Origin: Oligoflexales bacterium
GTDB lineage: Bacteria > Bdellovibrionota_B > Oligoflexia > Oligoflexales > Bog-1112
Assembly (NCBI GenBank): GCA_045105515.1
Contig: JBGCDR010000121.1
Coordinates: 1 to 20,473, forward strand
Reading direction: 5' to 3'
DNA length: 20,473 nucleotides
Under the pieces are notes generated by a model that had not been told where the DNA came from, ran no database searches, and saw only the letters and a program-made list of their open reading frames with translations. A program made the translations under genes and the position numbers. Below are positions 1 through 8,736 of this stretch, in pieces. Every line of letters begins with the position of its first letter. Position 1 is the stretch's first letter.

Positions 1-222
1 CGCGCATGGGCACCCCCAAGATCTTTTGATTTTCCGACAATTATAGCCTTTTTAGAGAAACTGGGGAAATTCGCTAAAGATTATAGTGCTCTAAGCCTTA
101 CATACAAAGGCGGCGGTGTGTTTCCAATCAGGCACTACTTAGGGCTCTTGGTTTCAATGAGCGTGATGTTCCTTATTATCCGACCGAAGATTTTGGGCAA
201 GTTTGGAAAATTACTAACATAG
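1..222 (+). pseudogene. 5'-truncated reading frame entering from the left edge; probably the upstream part of the 252-899 gene, separated from it by a frameshift
   Basis: Frame 1 is open from base 1 to TAG at 220-222 (RAWAPPRSFDFPTIIAFLEKLGKFAKDYSALSLTYKGGGVF...). It overlaps frame 3, which is open from 87 to 899. Confidence 0.4.
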
Positions 223-251
223 CCAAACTTGAGTTTTATGCGCAAAATCTA

Positions 252-899
252 ATGTTTGATGATGCTTTTAACTACACAAAAGAAGAGATACTTGAACATT
301 CGCTTCAAGAACCAACGCCTAAAAAATATCCTCACGGCAATCGATACGAGGTAAGCCTTAGTCTCAGTCCGAGAAATAAAGCAGCAATCACCTGTAGACC
401 TGATCCTGCTGATGGCGCATGCCAGGATTTCAATTTCAGAATTTTGGATTATGACGCAGATGCATTTAACTATATCGATGGCTATATTGAAACTAATCAA
501 TCCTTTAGCATGATCTCTGGTGATGTGCCATGTCAAGATACAGAACCAATGATTGATTGGCTTACAAAAACGATTAAATGTAATGCCGGCTCTTTCTCAG
601 ATGCAGATAATGCGTATATTTGTAGTCTGGGACCAGTGGGACCAACCCGGATCCAAATGAGCTTTGTAGGGCTTGGTAGCCAACTTTGTGAAGATATGCG
701 TCAGCAACTTCTCGATGACTGTGCAAAAAGCACACGCTTAGGTAATACAACAAGATACCTTGGAAATAGTGCTTGGCCGATTGTCTATAATACCTTTGGG
801 TTTACTGGAATAGCTTTAGGATTTTGGGCAGTAAATAAGTGTATAAAAAAATCAGGTAAAAAGGGCCAATATATAGAAGTACCAAAAGCGGAGGGGTGA
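252..899 (+). CDS. Hypothetical Cys-containing protein with C-terminal membrane anchor (probably the C-terminal part of a longer, frameshifted gene)
   Basis: 215-aa ORF. The C-terminal hydrophobic stretch WPIVYNTFGFTGIALGFWAV is followed by a basic tail NKCIKKSGKK. ATG252 has no clear SD, and the frame stays open upstream to 87 with protein-like sequence (SNQALLRALGFNERDVPYYPTEDFGQVWK). Confidence 0.6.
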   Translation: MFDDAFNYTKEEILEHSLQEPTPKKYPHGNRYEVSLSLSPRNKAAITCRPDPADGACQDFNFRILDYDADAFNYIDGYIETNQSFSMISGDVPCQDTEPMIDWLTKTIKCNAGSFSDADNAYICSLGPVGPTRIQMSFVGLGSQLCEDMRQQLLDDCAKSTRLGNTTRYLGNSAWPIVYNTFGFTGIALGFWAVNKCIKKSGKKGQYIEVPKAEG

Positions 900-905
900 G
901 GGAAC

Positions 906-930
906 TTTGCAATCCTAATATAATTGCAAA
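906..930. terminator. Inverted repeat between convergent genes (possible terminator hairpin)
   Basis: TTTGCAAT (906-913) pairs with ATTGCAAA (923-930) around a 9-nt loop, just after the stop at 899. The stem is AT-rich and has no strong U-tract. Confidence 0.3.
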
Positions 931-1034
931 TTCAGTTTAGCCATAAGGGGGGAGGTGTTTCTATGTTGGTGAATCTTGGTTGCAAAAAAATTAACTAAGG
1001 TAAATGAACAAGAGATTTAGTTATTCAAGTACGC

Positions 1035-2681
1035 CTATGGGCAGGATTGGAATTCTGTTTTTAGTAGTGCTTCAAGACCTTTTCCTTTTGCTGCAGAAAG
1101 GATCTTGCACTGATGTTGCGGAAAAAAGCTCTTTGAAGTTCTTAAAAAGGAGTTGGTGAAATTTTTTAAACTTACTATACGGTTTGTAAATGGTAATGCA
1201 GTGATGACCATAGAGGCAAGCTCATCGAGTGCTACTTGTTCATTAACATGTAGGTTCCAAAGCATGCCAGAAATAACCTGGGACATTTTATGAATCGCAG
1301 GCTTTCTGCCTGTCAGCGTATAAGCTCGGTATATTCCTTCTTCGTACTCGAAATATAAATCATCCTTGTATTTAAGATTATTTCTGACATTCCTTAAGCA
1401 TTGGTTAGACTCACAGGTAGCACTTGGACCTGTAGCTAGAGCGGAATAACATATTCTGTTACCTATGCATGGATCTTTTGTTTTTGCGGCAACAAAAAAA
1501 TCTGAGATTCCTTCATGAAGCAAATAGTGTTCGTAATTTGCCTTTGAATCTGTTGGCCAAAATTTATAGAGATAATGGTGAGATAGCTCATGAGAAACAG
1601 CATCAACATCCTCATGGATATTATCTAAGTCGTCGTTGAAGATATTTGGAAGTAATATGGTCGGCCTAAAAATATCTAGATTAATACCAGTATCAAATTC
1701 TGGATTTAGATATTGTGGTGAATGAGTTGTGTCTAATACTATATCAATCTGAGCTACAGACCAATTTTTAAACCCTAGGGTAGTGAACCAATCGATCATT
1801 CCAGAAGTGTTAGTAAATGCTGAAACTTCTCCGAATTGCGGGCTTCCTGCTTCAAAATTGAAAATATGATTTGCCGCAGTTGCCATTTTTTCGCGACTCT
1901 CTCTCGAAGTAGTAATTTTGTAGGAGCATAAATATGGAATATTATCTTGAAGGTCTTTTAAAGGTATAGTTTTTATCTTATTGGATTTGTTATTTCTGTA
2001 GACCGTAGCTCGTCCTTCTGCATTGAAAAATGATTGATTGATGTAAGTCAAATTTTGACTGTGAACTTCACCCTTGTAAGGTTTACCATTCACATAAAGA
2101 CCTACTTTTGATACAGGAATCAATTTCCCTGACTGAGGTTTTAAGCATCGTGAAGATGAAATTAGGTCTATCTGTTTTGCTTCTAATTCGAGTAGTTTAG
2201 CGGATTTTCCTAGTTTATTTAAGTCTATTTCTTCCCATGAATAGGTAGGTTTGATTTCAAAACTAGGAATTGGGTTTCCACTGCTAGTATGTATTTTCTC
2301 AGATATGTGAAATCGAATGTAATGATCACAAATCGGATGTTTGTCAACGAAAAATTCGAAATCCAAGTGCTTTAGTCCGTGATATTCGTGGCTGTCACTA
2401 TGCTCCATCCTTACGCCAGCTGGGAGAGTGGATCGATATCTTTCAATAAAATTAGTGCTTTCTTGATTCAGACTGAATGGAGAGCTTGCAGAAAAGGGAG
2501 ATGCTCCTGGTGAAAAGTAAGTTCCGATTTTACAAGGTGAACCTGTTGAAATCAGCTTATAGTAGTCAGTTGGTCTGCTGCGATAGTCCTTAATTTTCGT
2601 ATTGGGTTTGCAAGCACTTATAATTTGACAAGTACCTAAAAACAATAGGACAAAGTGAATTCTTGAGAATGAATGCTGCAA
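1035..2681 (-). CDS. Secreted (probable lipoprotein) gluzincin zinc metalloprotease, M4/M36-like, with N-terminal propeptide
   Basis: HExxH motif (HELSH) followed by third-ligand ExxxD motif (LHEGISD). C-terminal H..S....G.LW motif (IHKMSQVISGMLW). Hydrophobic N-terminus ends in a lipobox-like ISAC. TTG start with AGGT upstream. Confidence 0.8.
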   Translation of the reverse strand: MQHSFSRIHFVLLFLGTCQIISACKPNTKIKDYRSRPTDYYKLISTGSPCKIGTYFSPGASPFSASSPFSLNQESTNFIERYRSTLPAGVRMEHSDSHEYHGLKHLDFEFFVDKHPICDHYIRFHISEKIHTSSGNPIPSFEIKPTYSWEEIDLNKLGKSAKLLELEAKQIDLISSSRCLKPQSGKLIPVSKVGLYVNGKPYKGEVHSQNLTYINQSFFNAEGRATVYRNNKSNKIKTIPLKDLQDNIPYLCSYKITTSRESREKMATAANHIFNFEAGSPQFGEVSAFTNTSGMIDWFTTLGFKNWSVAQIDIVLDTTHSPQYLNPEFDTGINLDIFRPTILLPNIFNDDLDNIHEDVDAVSHELSHHYLYKFWPTDSKANYEHYLLHEGISDFFVAAKTKDPCIGNRICYSALATGPSATCESNQCLRNVRNNLKYKDDLYFEYEEGIYRAYTLTGRKPAIHKMSQVISGMLWNLHVNEQVALDELASMVITALPFTNRIVSLKNFTNSFLRTSKSFFPQHQCKILSAAKGKGLEALLKTEFQSCP

Positions 2682-3166
2682 TTGTTTAACCTAAGACTGG
2701 TGTTCTTCTGAGAAATTATTCGGCATATAAATTTGATTTATTAGTTTTTTTCATCAAATTAGCGATAATTTTCAAAATACTTTGTCAGAATCTATAGTTG
2801 AGAAAATTCCCAAAGATCAAGATTCTGTATCGATTAAGTTTAGAGTTTGATCGCAAGTGAACTAAAGACAATTTTTTAGTCCGAACATCAATATCTTATT
2901 CTCTACCAACTTGCTTATCTTTTTTATTTTTATCATACTTTCCAAATTTTTAGATTTAAAAAAAGTGAAGGCATGCTGTACCTGAGGAGCAGTCTGTTTT
3001 TTATTGATGGAGGGTATATGATTTGTCATTTAGTTTAAAAAAAAGCGATTTTCTTAAGAAAATATAATAAATATAGTATGGTAGTCTCTATAAGATCGCT
3101 TTTATCTTCTAGGGTTTCTTGCTAGACTTCGCCTAAATGTAGGAATCTATTAAAGTGAGGTGATGA

Positions 3167-4108
3167 ATGAGAAAAATATTGATGCTAATGATTTTCATGG
3201 TGTTTTTGGGGAACGAATTATCAGCAAATGCTGAAACAAATGACTGGGATTTGTTAGCCTGTGGCCTTAAAAACTGCCCTAAACAGCTTTTACAATGTGC
3301 AGGCGAAGGACCATGCAGAAAAACTCTCGCATGCAATCGCGATTGTGGTGGAAGTGGAAGTAAGGCTGACCAACAAGCTTGTCATTTAGTCTGTCAGTTG
3401 GGATTAGGTAAAGAGTCAAAGATATACCCCGAGCTTGTTTCATGCTTTGCGCAAAATGAATGCTTACCAAAACTAGAACCAGGAAAAGATGGCATTTGCC
3501 CTGTGAATTCGAAAAACCTTAAAGATGTAGTGAAACTCAATAGTATTGGTGATTTAGATGGAACATGGCTGGAATTAAAAGGCTTGAATTGTGGAAAGGC
3601 AGATTCAGGTTGGGAAGGCGGATATGATGCCCTCCCGTGCCGTTCAAGTTCTTGGGTTTATTCTAGAGATCTATGGTGGTACCACACATCTTTTTGTAAG
3701 CCTGGTAAAGATCAGTATTGTGAAAACTCTAAGCCAGTGCACCTCTTGGCTCGTCCAAGTCTAAGTCTTTCGGAAGCAGGCCTTATGGAGGTACCTTATA
3801 TTGATCCGCCTTTGAAACCACAGGATGAAAAGTGGTATGTCTTAGCTCATCCACATCCAGATTGGTTGATGTACACCTATTGTGGCTCGACACCTGCAGG
3901 CAGTTATGCGGGGCTTAATATCGCTAGCCGTGCACCTGATGCCCGTTACTCTGGTATTCCTCAGGCAGTTGAAGAACAGTTAAGAAAAGCAGCTACGAAA
4001 TTTGGAGTCGATTATGACAGTCTTTGTGAAAACGATCACAGGCAGTGTCCTGCAATTACGGCAAGAGAGGATGTTGAGAGGGCGCTATTAGATTCGCCAT
4101 TATTCTAA
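3167..4108 (+). CDS. Secreted violaxanthin de-epoxidase (VDE)-family protein: Cys-rich domain plus lipocalin domain
   Basis: Signal peptide with AxA site (ANA/ET). Cys spacing C-x4-C-x6-C-x5-C-x5-C-x3-C-x11-C-x3-C-x16-C-x5-C-LP matches the plant VDE N-domain. Lipocalin motifs DLDGTWLELKGLN, YDALPC, EKWYVL, DWLMYTYCG, YAG...SR and LRKAATKFGVDY...C are collinear with VDE. SD GAGGTG at 3157-3162. Confidence 0.8.
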   Translation: MRKILMLMIFMVFLGNELSANAETNDWDLLACGLKNCPKQLLQCAGEGPCRKTLACNRDCGGSGSKADQQACHLVCQLGLGKESKIYPELVSCFAQNECLPKLEPGKDGICPVNSKNLKDVVKLNSIGDLDGTWLELKGLNCGKADSGWEGGYDALPCRSSSWVYSRDLWWYHTSFCKPGKDQYCENSKPVHLLARPSLSLSEAGLMEVPYIDPPLKPQDEKWYVLAHPHPDWLMYTYCGSTPAGSYAGLNIASRAPDARYSGIPQAVEEQLRKAATKFGVDYDSLCENDHRQCPAITAREDVERALLDSPLF

Positions 4109-4139
4109 TCTTATTTGCATCATGGCTTTAAATAAAGCA

Positions 4140-4173
4140 GTTGTGAGCAAAATTTTGGAAACTGCTACACAAC
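4140..4173. terminator. Hairpin between convergent genes (candidate bidirectional terminator)
   Basis: GTTGTG-AGCA (4140-4149) pairs with TGCT-a-CACAAC (4163-4173): a 10-bp stem with one bulge, lying between the stops at 4108 and 4192. Confidence 0.35.
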
Positions 4174-4191
4174 GTATTACCTTCCAAAATA

Positions 4192-5160
4192 TTAAATGAC
4201 TGAATGTACTAGATATGTCAGGTATATGATGCATGCTAGCACTAAGACGAGCCCTTCATATCGCGTGATCACTCTATTTTTTTTATAGCCGGCAGTCATT
4301 ACAAGTAAAGCTATGGTTAAACCTAGAACCATAGGGTAGTCACGCCGAAGTACATCAGCTGATATCTTATTCATAGGAGAAATGATTCCCGCAATCCCTA
4401 CAACTGCGAGGATATTGAACATATTCGAGCCAACCAAATTGCCCAGTGCGATGTCATCTTCTCCTTTTCGGGTTGCGGCAATAGATGCTGCGAGCTCTGG
4501 GAGAGAGGTTCCTAAAGCGACGACTGTTAGGCCAATTATTAGATCACTCAATCCAAGCTTCTGAGCAATACTTACAGAACCCCAGACAACGGTACGGGAA
4601 CTAACTATCATCAAAACTAGGCCCACAAAGAGCCAGATTAAGCCACCTTTTAAGCTATATTTTTGCTCAGTAATTTCTTCTTTAAAACCACTTTGCATTG
4701 AATCATGTCGGCTTTTTCTGGCATTGGTGATTGTCCATGCCATTAGCGCAACAAAAGATATAAGCAAAACTAGCGCATCAGTGGAGCTTACGGCTTCATC
4801 AAGCAGCATTACACCAAGGAGTAAGGTTATACCAAGTAACAAGGGAAATTCCCGACGAACCAATCTCGAGGTTATATTGATAGGACTAAATATTGCAGCA
4901 ATTCCTAAAATTAATGAGGTGTTGAATATGTTCGAACCTAGGGCATTTCCCAATGCCAGGTCAGATTTGTTGTCCAGGGCTGCGATGGCTGAGATTATGA
5001 TTTCTGGTGCTGAGGTACCAAAACCAAGAATCACCATGCCAATTATGAGTGGAGGAACTCCAGCATGAGACGAAACAGAAGCAGAACCATCTACAAATTT
5101 ATCTGCACTCCATGCTAATAATCCAAAGCCTACTAAGATTGATATAACTGCGAATGTCAT
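4192..5160 (-). CDS. yrbG: Calcium/sodium antiporter (CaCA superfamily, YrbG-type)
   Basis: Two repeated halves with alpha-repeat motifs GTSAPE / GNALGSNIFN and GTSLPE / GNLVGSNMFN; about 10 hydrophobic segments; 322 aa. Confidence 0.93.
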   Translation of the reverse strand: MTFAVISILVGFGLLAWSADKFVDGSASVSSHAGVPPLIIGMVILGFGTSAPEIIISAIAALDNKSDLALGNALGSNIFNTSLILGIAAIFSPINITSRLVRREFPLLLGITLLLGVMLLDEAVSSTDALVLLISFVALMAWTITNARKSRHDSMQSGFKEEITEQKYSLKGGLIWLFVGLVLMIVSSRTVVWGSVSIAQKLGLSDLIIGLTVVALGTSLPELAASIAATRKGEDDIALGNLVGSNMFNILAVVGIAGIISPMNKISADVLRRDYPMVLGLTIALLVMTAGYKKNRVITRYEGLVLVLACIIYLTYLVHSVI

Positions 5161-5223
5161 AGGTGCCTGCTAGCAATTTGTGGCTTGTTTAAAACTGATA
5201 TTTTTGAATTTCATTCCCGTCTT

Positions 5224-5253
5224 ATTATTTTGGAAAAAGTATAAGTTTGTCAA
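5224..5253 (-). promoter_or_regulatory. Candidate sigma70 promoter for the antiporter
   Basis: Minus strand reads TTGACA (5253-5248) - 18 nt - AATAAT (5229-5224), about 60 nt upstream of ATG5160. The inverted repeat CTGAAA-N3-TTTCAG (5261-5275) lies just upstream of the -35. Confidence 0.5.
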
Positions 5254-5403
5254 TCCTTCACTGAAATATTTTCAGCTTATCTCAAGTTAAAATGCCAATG
5301 AATTATTAAAAATATGTGCTTAGCTGGATTTGATTGAAATCTTTAATAGTGAGAAGTGTTTAGCAATCCGGAGCTGGGAAAACCCATCGAAATCATCTAT
5401 AAA

Positions 5404-5754
5404 TTACTCAGTAAATGCTTTTTCAACTGCATCTATAAAAACTCGATCTGAAAAAGGTTTGATGAGAACTGTGATATCTGCATAGGTCTCATTTGTGCGT
5501 ACCAGGTTTGGAGCCCCTGTAAGGATCATAAACTTAGGGTTATATCCTGCAGCTTCGATCTTATCAATCAGCCCATATCCATCCAAGAATGGCATCATGA
5601 GATCTACAATCACCAAATCTGGTTGTTGGTCAATGAATCGAGCAAATCCCTCGATAGGCCCCTTTGCTGATGATACCTCATACGGACCTTGCAAGCGCAT
5701 AGCTAGGTACTCGAGGATGCTCTCGTCGTCATCGACAATCAAAACTGTTTGCAT
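5404..5754 (-). CDS. Single-domain response regulator (CheY-like receiver)
   Basis: VLIVDDD acidic pocket, phosphoacceptor in DLVIVDLMMP, conserved T (ILTG) and KP (IKPF). ATG5754 (MQTVLIV) chosen over GTG5778 because GCGGA lies upstream. Confidence 0.9.
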   Translation of the reverse strand: MQTVLIVDDDESILEYLAMRLQGPYEVSSAKGPIEGFARFIDQQPDLVIVDLMMPFLDGYGLIDKIEAAGYNPKFMILTGAPNLVRTNETYADITVLIKPFSDRVFIDAVEKAFTE

Positions 5755-5903
5755 TAAATTCCGCAATAATGTGTACAAGAATGTTTTTGTTATATGTTAG
5801 CATTTTAGGAATCAAAAATCTGCAGCTGTAAATCAAAGGGTATAGAAGCTTTATGCAGATTATAAAAGATTACACAAAAGCTAGGACGCTTAGTGTCAGA
5901 TAT

Positions 5904-8540
5904 TTAAGCGTTTTGTGTAGAGACTAATCCGTGACATTTCTTGTATTTTTTCCCTGATCCACAAGGGCAAGGACTGTTACGCCCAACTTTTTCGCTACTT
6001 CTTCTTACAGGTTGAGACGCTTGATCCGTTTCCTGACTTTCCGATGGGCCTGAGCGAGAACCATGGTAAATCAATTGGTCATCGGACTCCTTCTTGCGTG
6101 TCCTAGCATCTTCCCCACCGAAAAATGATGAGGGTTCAATCTCCTCAAGCTCTTCCCCTTCTTCCATATCCATTGCCTGGAATTGGGAAGATAACTCAGG
6201 TGCGGGCATATGCAAGAGTGCTAATGTTACGTCGCTGGCAACTCTGCCCATCATCATTGAGAACAAGTTGAAAGCTTCTTTTTTGTACTCTTGAAGTGGG
6301 TCCCTCTGGGCATAGCCTCTAAGGCTCACGGAATCCTTAAGGGAGTCCATAGCAAGCAAATGTTCTTTCCAAGCTTGGTCTATGATTTGAAGATAAACAT
6401 AGCTCTCAAGCTTTACCTTCATTTCTGGGCCGATCTTTTCGAGTTTATCCTCATAGTGCTTAATAATTTGCTCGCGAGCTTCTTCAGCAATCGCCTCAGC
6501 GCTACTTTCGTTAGGATCAAGCTTACTGAGATCTATAAGCTGCTTAAATTGCTTTTCAATCTCGTCCTTTATCGCTTCAAAATCCCAGGACTCTATATTT
6601 TTAACTGCGGGAGAGTGGCGCTCAGCAACTCCATGAATAATTTCTTCTGTGGTAACCTCTAGAAAGTCAATATTGAACTCACCGAGTAGAGATTGGCGTC
6701 GTTTACCGTAGACTACCTGGCGTTGTTGGCTCATGACGTCGTCGTATTCGAGGACATGTTTTCGGCTTGAAAAATTTTGCTCTTCAACTCGTCTTTGCGC
6801 TTTTTCAATGGCACGAGAAACCATGGGTGATACGATGGCCTCCCCTTCTTCCATACCAAGCCGTCCCATAATGGATGAAAGGCGGTCCGAAGCAAATATA
6901 CGCATTAGGTCATCTTCAAGTGATAGGAAAAATTTGCTGCGACCTGGGTCACCTTGTCGGCCAGACCGTCCTCTAAGCTGATTGTCAATTCGCCTAGATT
7001 CGTGTCGTTCGGTCGCTATGACATAGAGGCCACCTACTTCTTTCACTCCCTTACCTAGCTTAATATCCGTACCACGACCTGCCATGTTGGTTGCAATCGT
7101 GATATTGCCTGTTTGTCCCGAATTTTCCACTACATTAGCCTCACTTGCATGGTTTTTTGCATTGAGGATGGAATGCGGAACATTTTTTTTCTTAAGGAGG
7201 TTCGATAGGAGTTCTGATTTTTCAACAGAGACGGTACCAACAAGGACTGGCTGACCCTTTTTCTGAGCCTCGCCAATTTCATCAGCGATAGCTTTATACT
7301 TCTCTGTTGAAGTACGAAAAATCACATCATCATCATCCTGGCGAGCTATGGGGCGATTCGTCGGGATTACGACTACATCGAGGTTATAGATTTTCTTGAA
7401 TTCAACAGCCTCAGTATCTGCTGTTCCTGTCATACCCGAAAGAGTATTGTAGAGACGAAAATAATTTTGAAAGGTTATGGTTGCCATTGTCTGGGTTTCT
7501 TGCTGGACCTGGACGTGTTCTTTCGCCTCCAGGGCTCCATGCAAGCCATCAGAGTAGCGTCTACCAGGCATTAAGCGGCCGGTAAACTCATCAATGATAA
7601 GGATTTCTCCACTCCTAACAACATAGTCCACGTCTTTCTTAAAAACGACATGGGCTTTAAGAGCTTGCTGGCAATGATGGAGCCACTCTATGTTCTTAGG
7701 ATCATAAAGATTATCAATACGTAGCCGCTGTTCTAGCTTACTAATCCCATCTTCTGTGAGAGACACAGAGCGGCTTTTTTCATCAACTATATAGTCACTA
7801 TCCTTTTGCAGGCCTGGGATTGATGAGTTAACAACCCCGTAAATTGCGATGTTGGTATCGGCAGGTCCCGAAATTATCAGAGGAGTTCTTGCTTCATCAA
7901 TTAGGATTGAGTCTACCTCATCAACGATTGCAAAGTTGTGGCCTCGCTGAACCAGGCGGCTTGATTCGGTTTTCATATTATCCCTAAGGTAATCGAAACC
8001 GAATTCGTTGTTAGTTCCATAAGTTATATCGGAACCATATGCATCTTTGCGTTCGCGGTCACTCAGTCCATGACCTATGTTGCCAACTGAAAGGCCTAGG
8101 AAATTATATACTTCTCCCATCCACTCAGAGTCACGCTTTGCAAGGTAGTCGTTAACTGTTACGACATGCGCCCCATTTCCAGAGAGGCCATGTAAGTAAC
8201 AAGGCAAAGTTGCAGTTAAAGTCTTACCCTCACCAGTTTTCATCTCGGCGATTTTACCCTGATGGAGTACAATCCCTCCAATAAGCTGCACATCGTAATG
8301 ACGTTGGTCAAGGGTTCGCCGGCCACCTTCGCGGCAAACGGCATAGGCTTCAGGTAAGAGTGCGTCAAGAGTTTCGCCATTTTCGTGGCGTGTTCTGAAT
8401 TCTATGGTTTTTGCAGCTAGTTGGTCATCACTCAATTTTTTTAGGGAGGGTTCCAACTCATTAATCCGGTTTACTAAAGGCTGCAATTCCTTAAGAATTT
8501 TATCGTTTCTTGTTCCAAAGAATTTGGTTAATAATTTCAT
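5904..8540 (-). CDS. secA: Preprotein translocase ATPase SecA
   Basis: Motifs [60 protein letters not shown] and C-terminal SEC-C zinc motif [19 protein letters not shown]. Short form with no insertion after GRGTDIKLG. Alternative GTG start at 8555. Confidence 0.99.
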   Translation of the reverse strand: MKLLTKFFGTRNDKILKELQPLVNRINELEPSLKKLSDDQLAAKTIEFRTRHENGETLDALLPEAYAVCREGGRRTLDQRHYDVQLIGGIVLHQGKIAEMKTGEGKTLTATLPCYLHGLSGNGAHVVTVNDYLAKRDSEWMGEVYNFLGLSVGNIGHGLSDRERKDAYGSDITYGTNNEFGFDYLRDNMKTESSRLVQRGHNFAIVDEVDSILIDEARTPLIISGPADTNIAIYGVVNSSIPGLQKDSDYIVDEKSRSVSLTEDGISKLEQRLRIDNLYDPKNIEWLHHCQQALKAHVVFKKDVDYVVRSGEILIIDEFTGRLMPGRRYSDGLHGALEAKEHVQVQQETQTMATITFQNYFRLYNTLSGMTGTADTEAVEFKKIYNLDVVVIPTNRPIARQDDDDVIFRTSTEKYKAIADEIGEAQKKGQPVLVGTVSVEKSELLSNLLKKKNVPHSILNAKNHASEANVVENSGQTGNITIATNMAGRGTDIKLGKGVKEVGGLYVIATERHESRRIDNQLRGRSGRQGDPGRSKFFLSLEDDLMRIFASDRLSSIMGRLGMEEGEAIVSPMVSRAIEKAQRRVEEQNFSSRKHVLEYDDVMSQQRQVVYGKRRQSLLGEFNIDFLEVTTEEIIHGVAERHSPAVKNIESWDFEAIKDEIEKQFKQLIDLSKLDPNESSAEAIAEEAREQIIKHYEDKLEKIGPEMKVKLESYVYLQIIDQAWKEHLLAMDSLKDSVSLRGYAQRDPLQEYKKEAFNLFSMMMGRVASDVTLALLHMPAPELSSQFQAMDMEEGEELEEIEPSSFFGGEDARTRKKESDDQLIYHGSRSGPSESQETDQASQPVRRSSEKVGRNSPCPCGSGKKYKKCHGLVSTQNA

Positions 8541-8736
8541 AAGCTCTTTCGTCACTGGTGAAGGTGATTTACGAAGTCACAAAGTTGAGTCAACCTAAAT
8601 CCTTATTCATGAATGTAAAGGATCGGGCAACCTATACTAGTCTCTAATACGTGATGCGCGCAATCATCTTTCCCTTGTCGCGTGATTTTAATCAGGTTTT
8701 CTTAAGCTTGCTGGAAGGCCTTTGGGGGAGGGAGAT

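Noticed and set aside
1004..1159. 51-codon plus-strand ORF with a hydrophobic stretch (MNKRFSYSSTPMGRIGILFLVVL...)
   Set aside because: Mostly antisense to the protease 3' end; no support for a type I toxin or an independent gene.
3105..3135. TTCTAGGGTTTC resembles the 5' end of the guanidine-I (ykkC) riboswitch
   Set aside because: The downstream conserved elements (GGTCCGAG and the GGGAC/TAAAAGCCCGG 3' stem) are absent, and the downstream gene is not a guanidine gene.
4382..5068. Plus-strand ORFs antisense to the antiporter
   Set aside because: Shadow ORFs of a well-supported minus-strand gene, with no motifs.
5817..5861. AATCTGCA/TGCAGATT inverted repeat after secA
   Set aside because: The 29-nt loop is too long for a convincing intrinsic terminator.
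6094..8598. Short plus-strand ORFs within secA
   Set aside because: Antisense shadows of a highly conserved gene.
8556..8736. Possible SecM-like leader peptide upstream of secA (MIARITY*, MNKDLG*)
   Set aside because: Only 6-7 codons, with no signal sequence or arrest motif.
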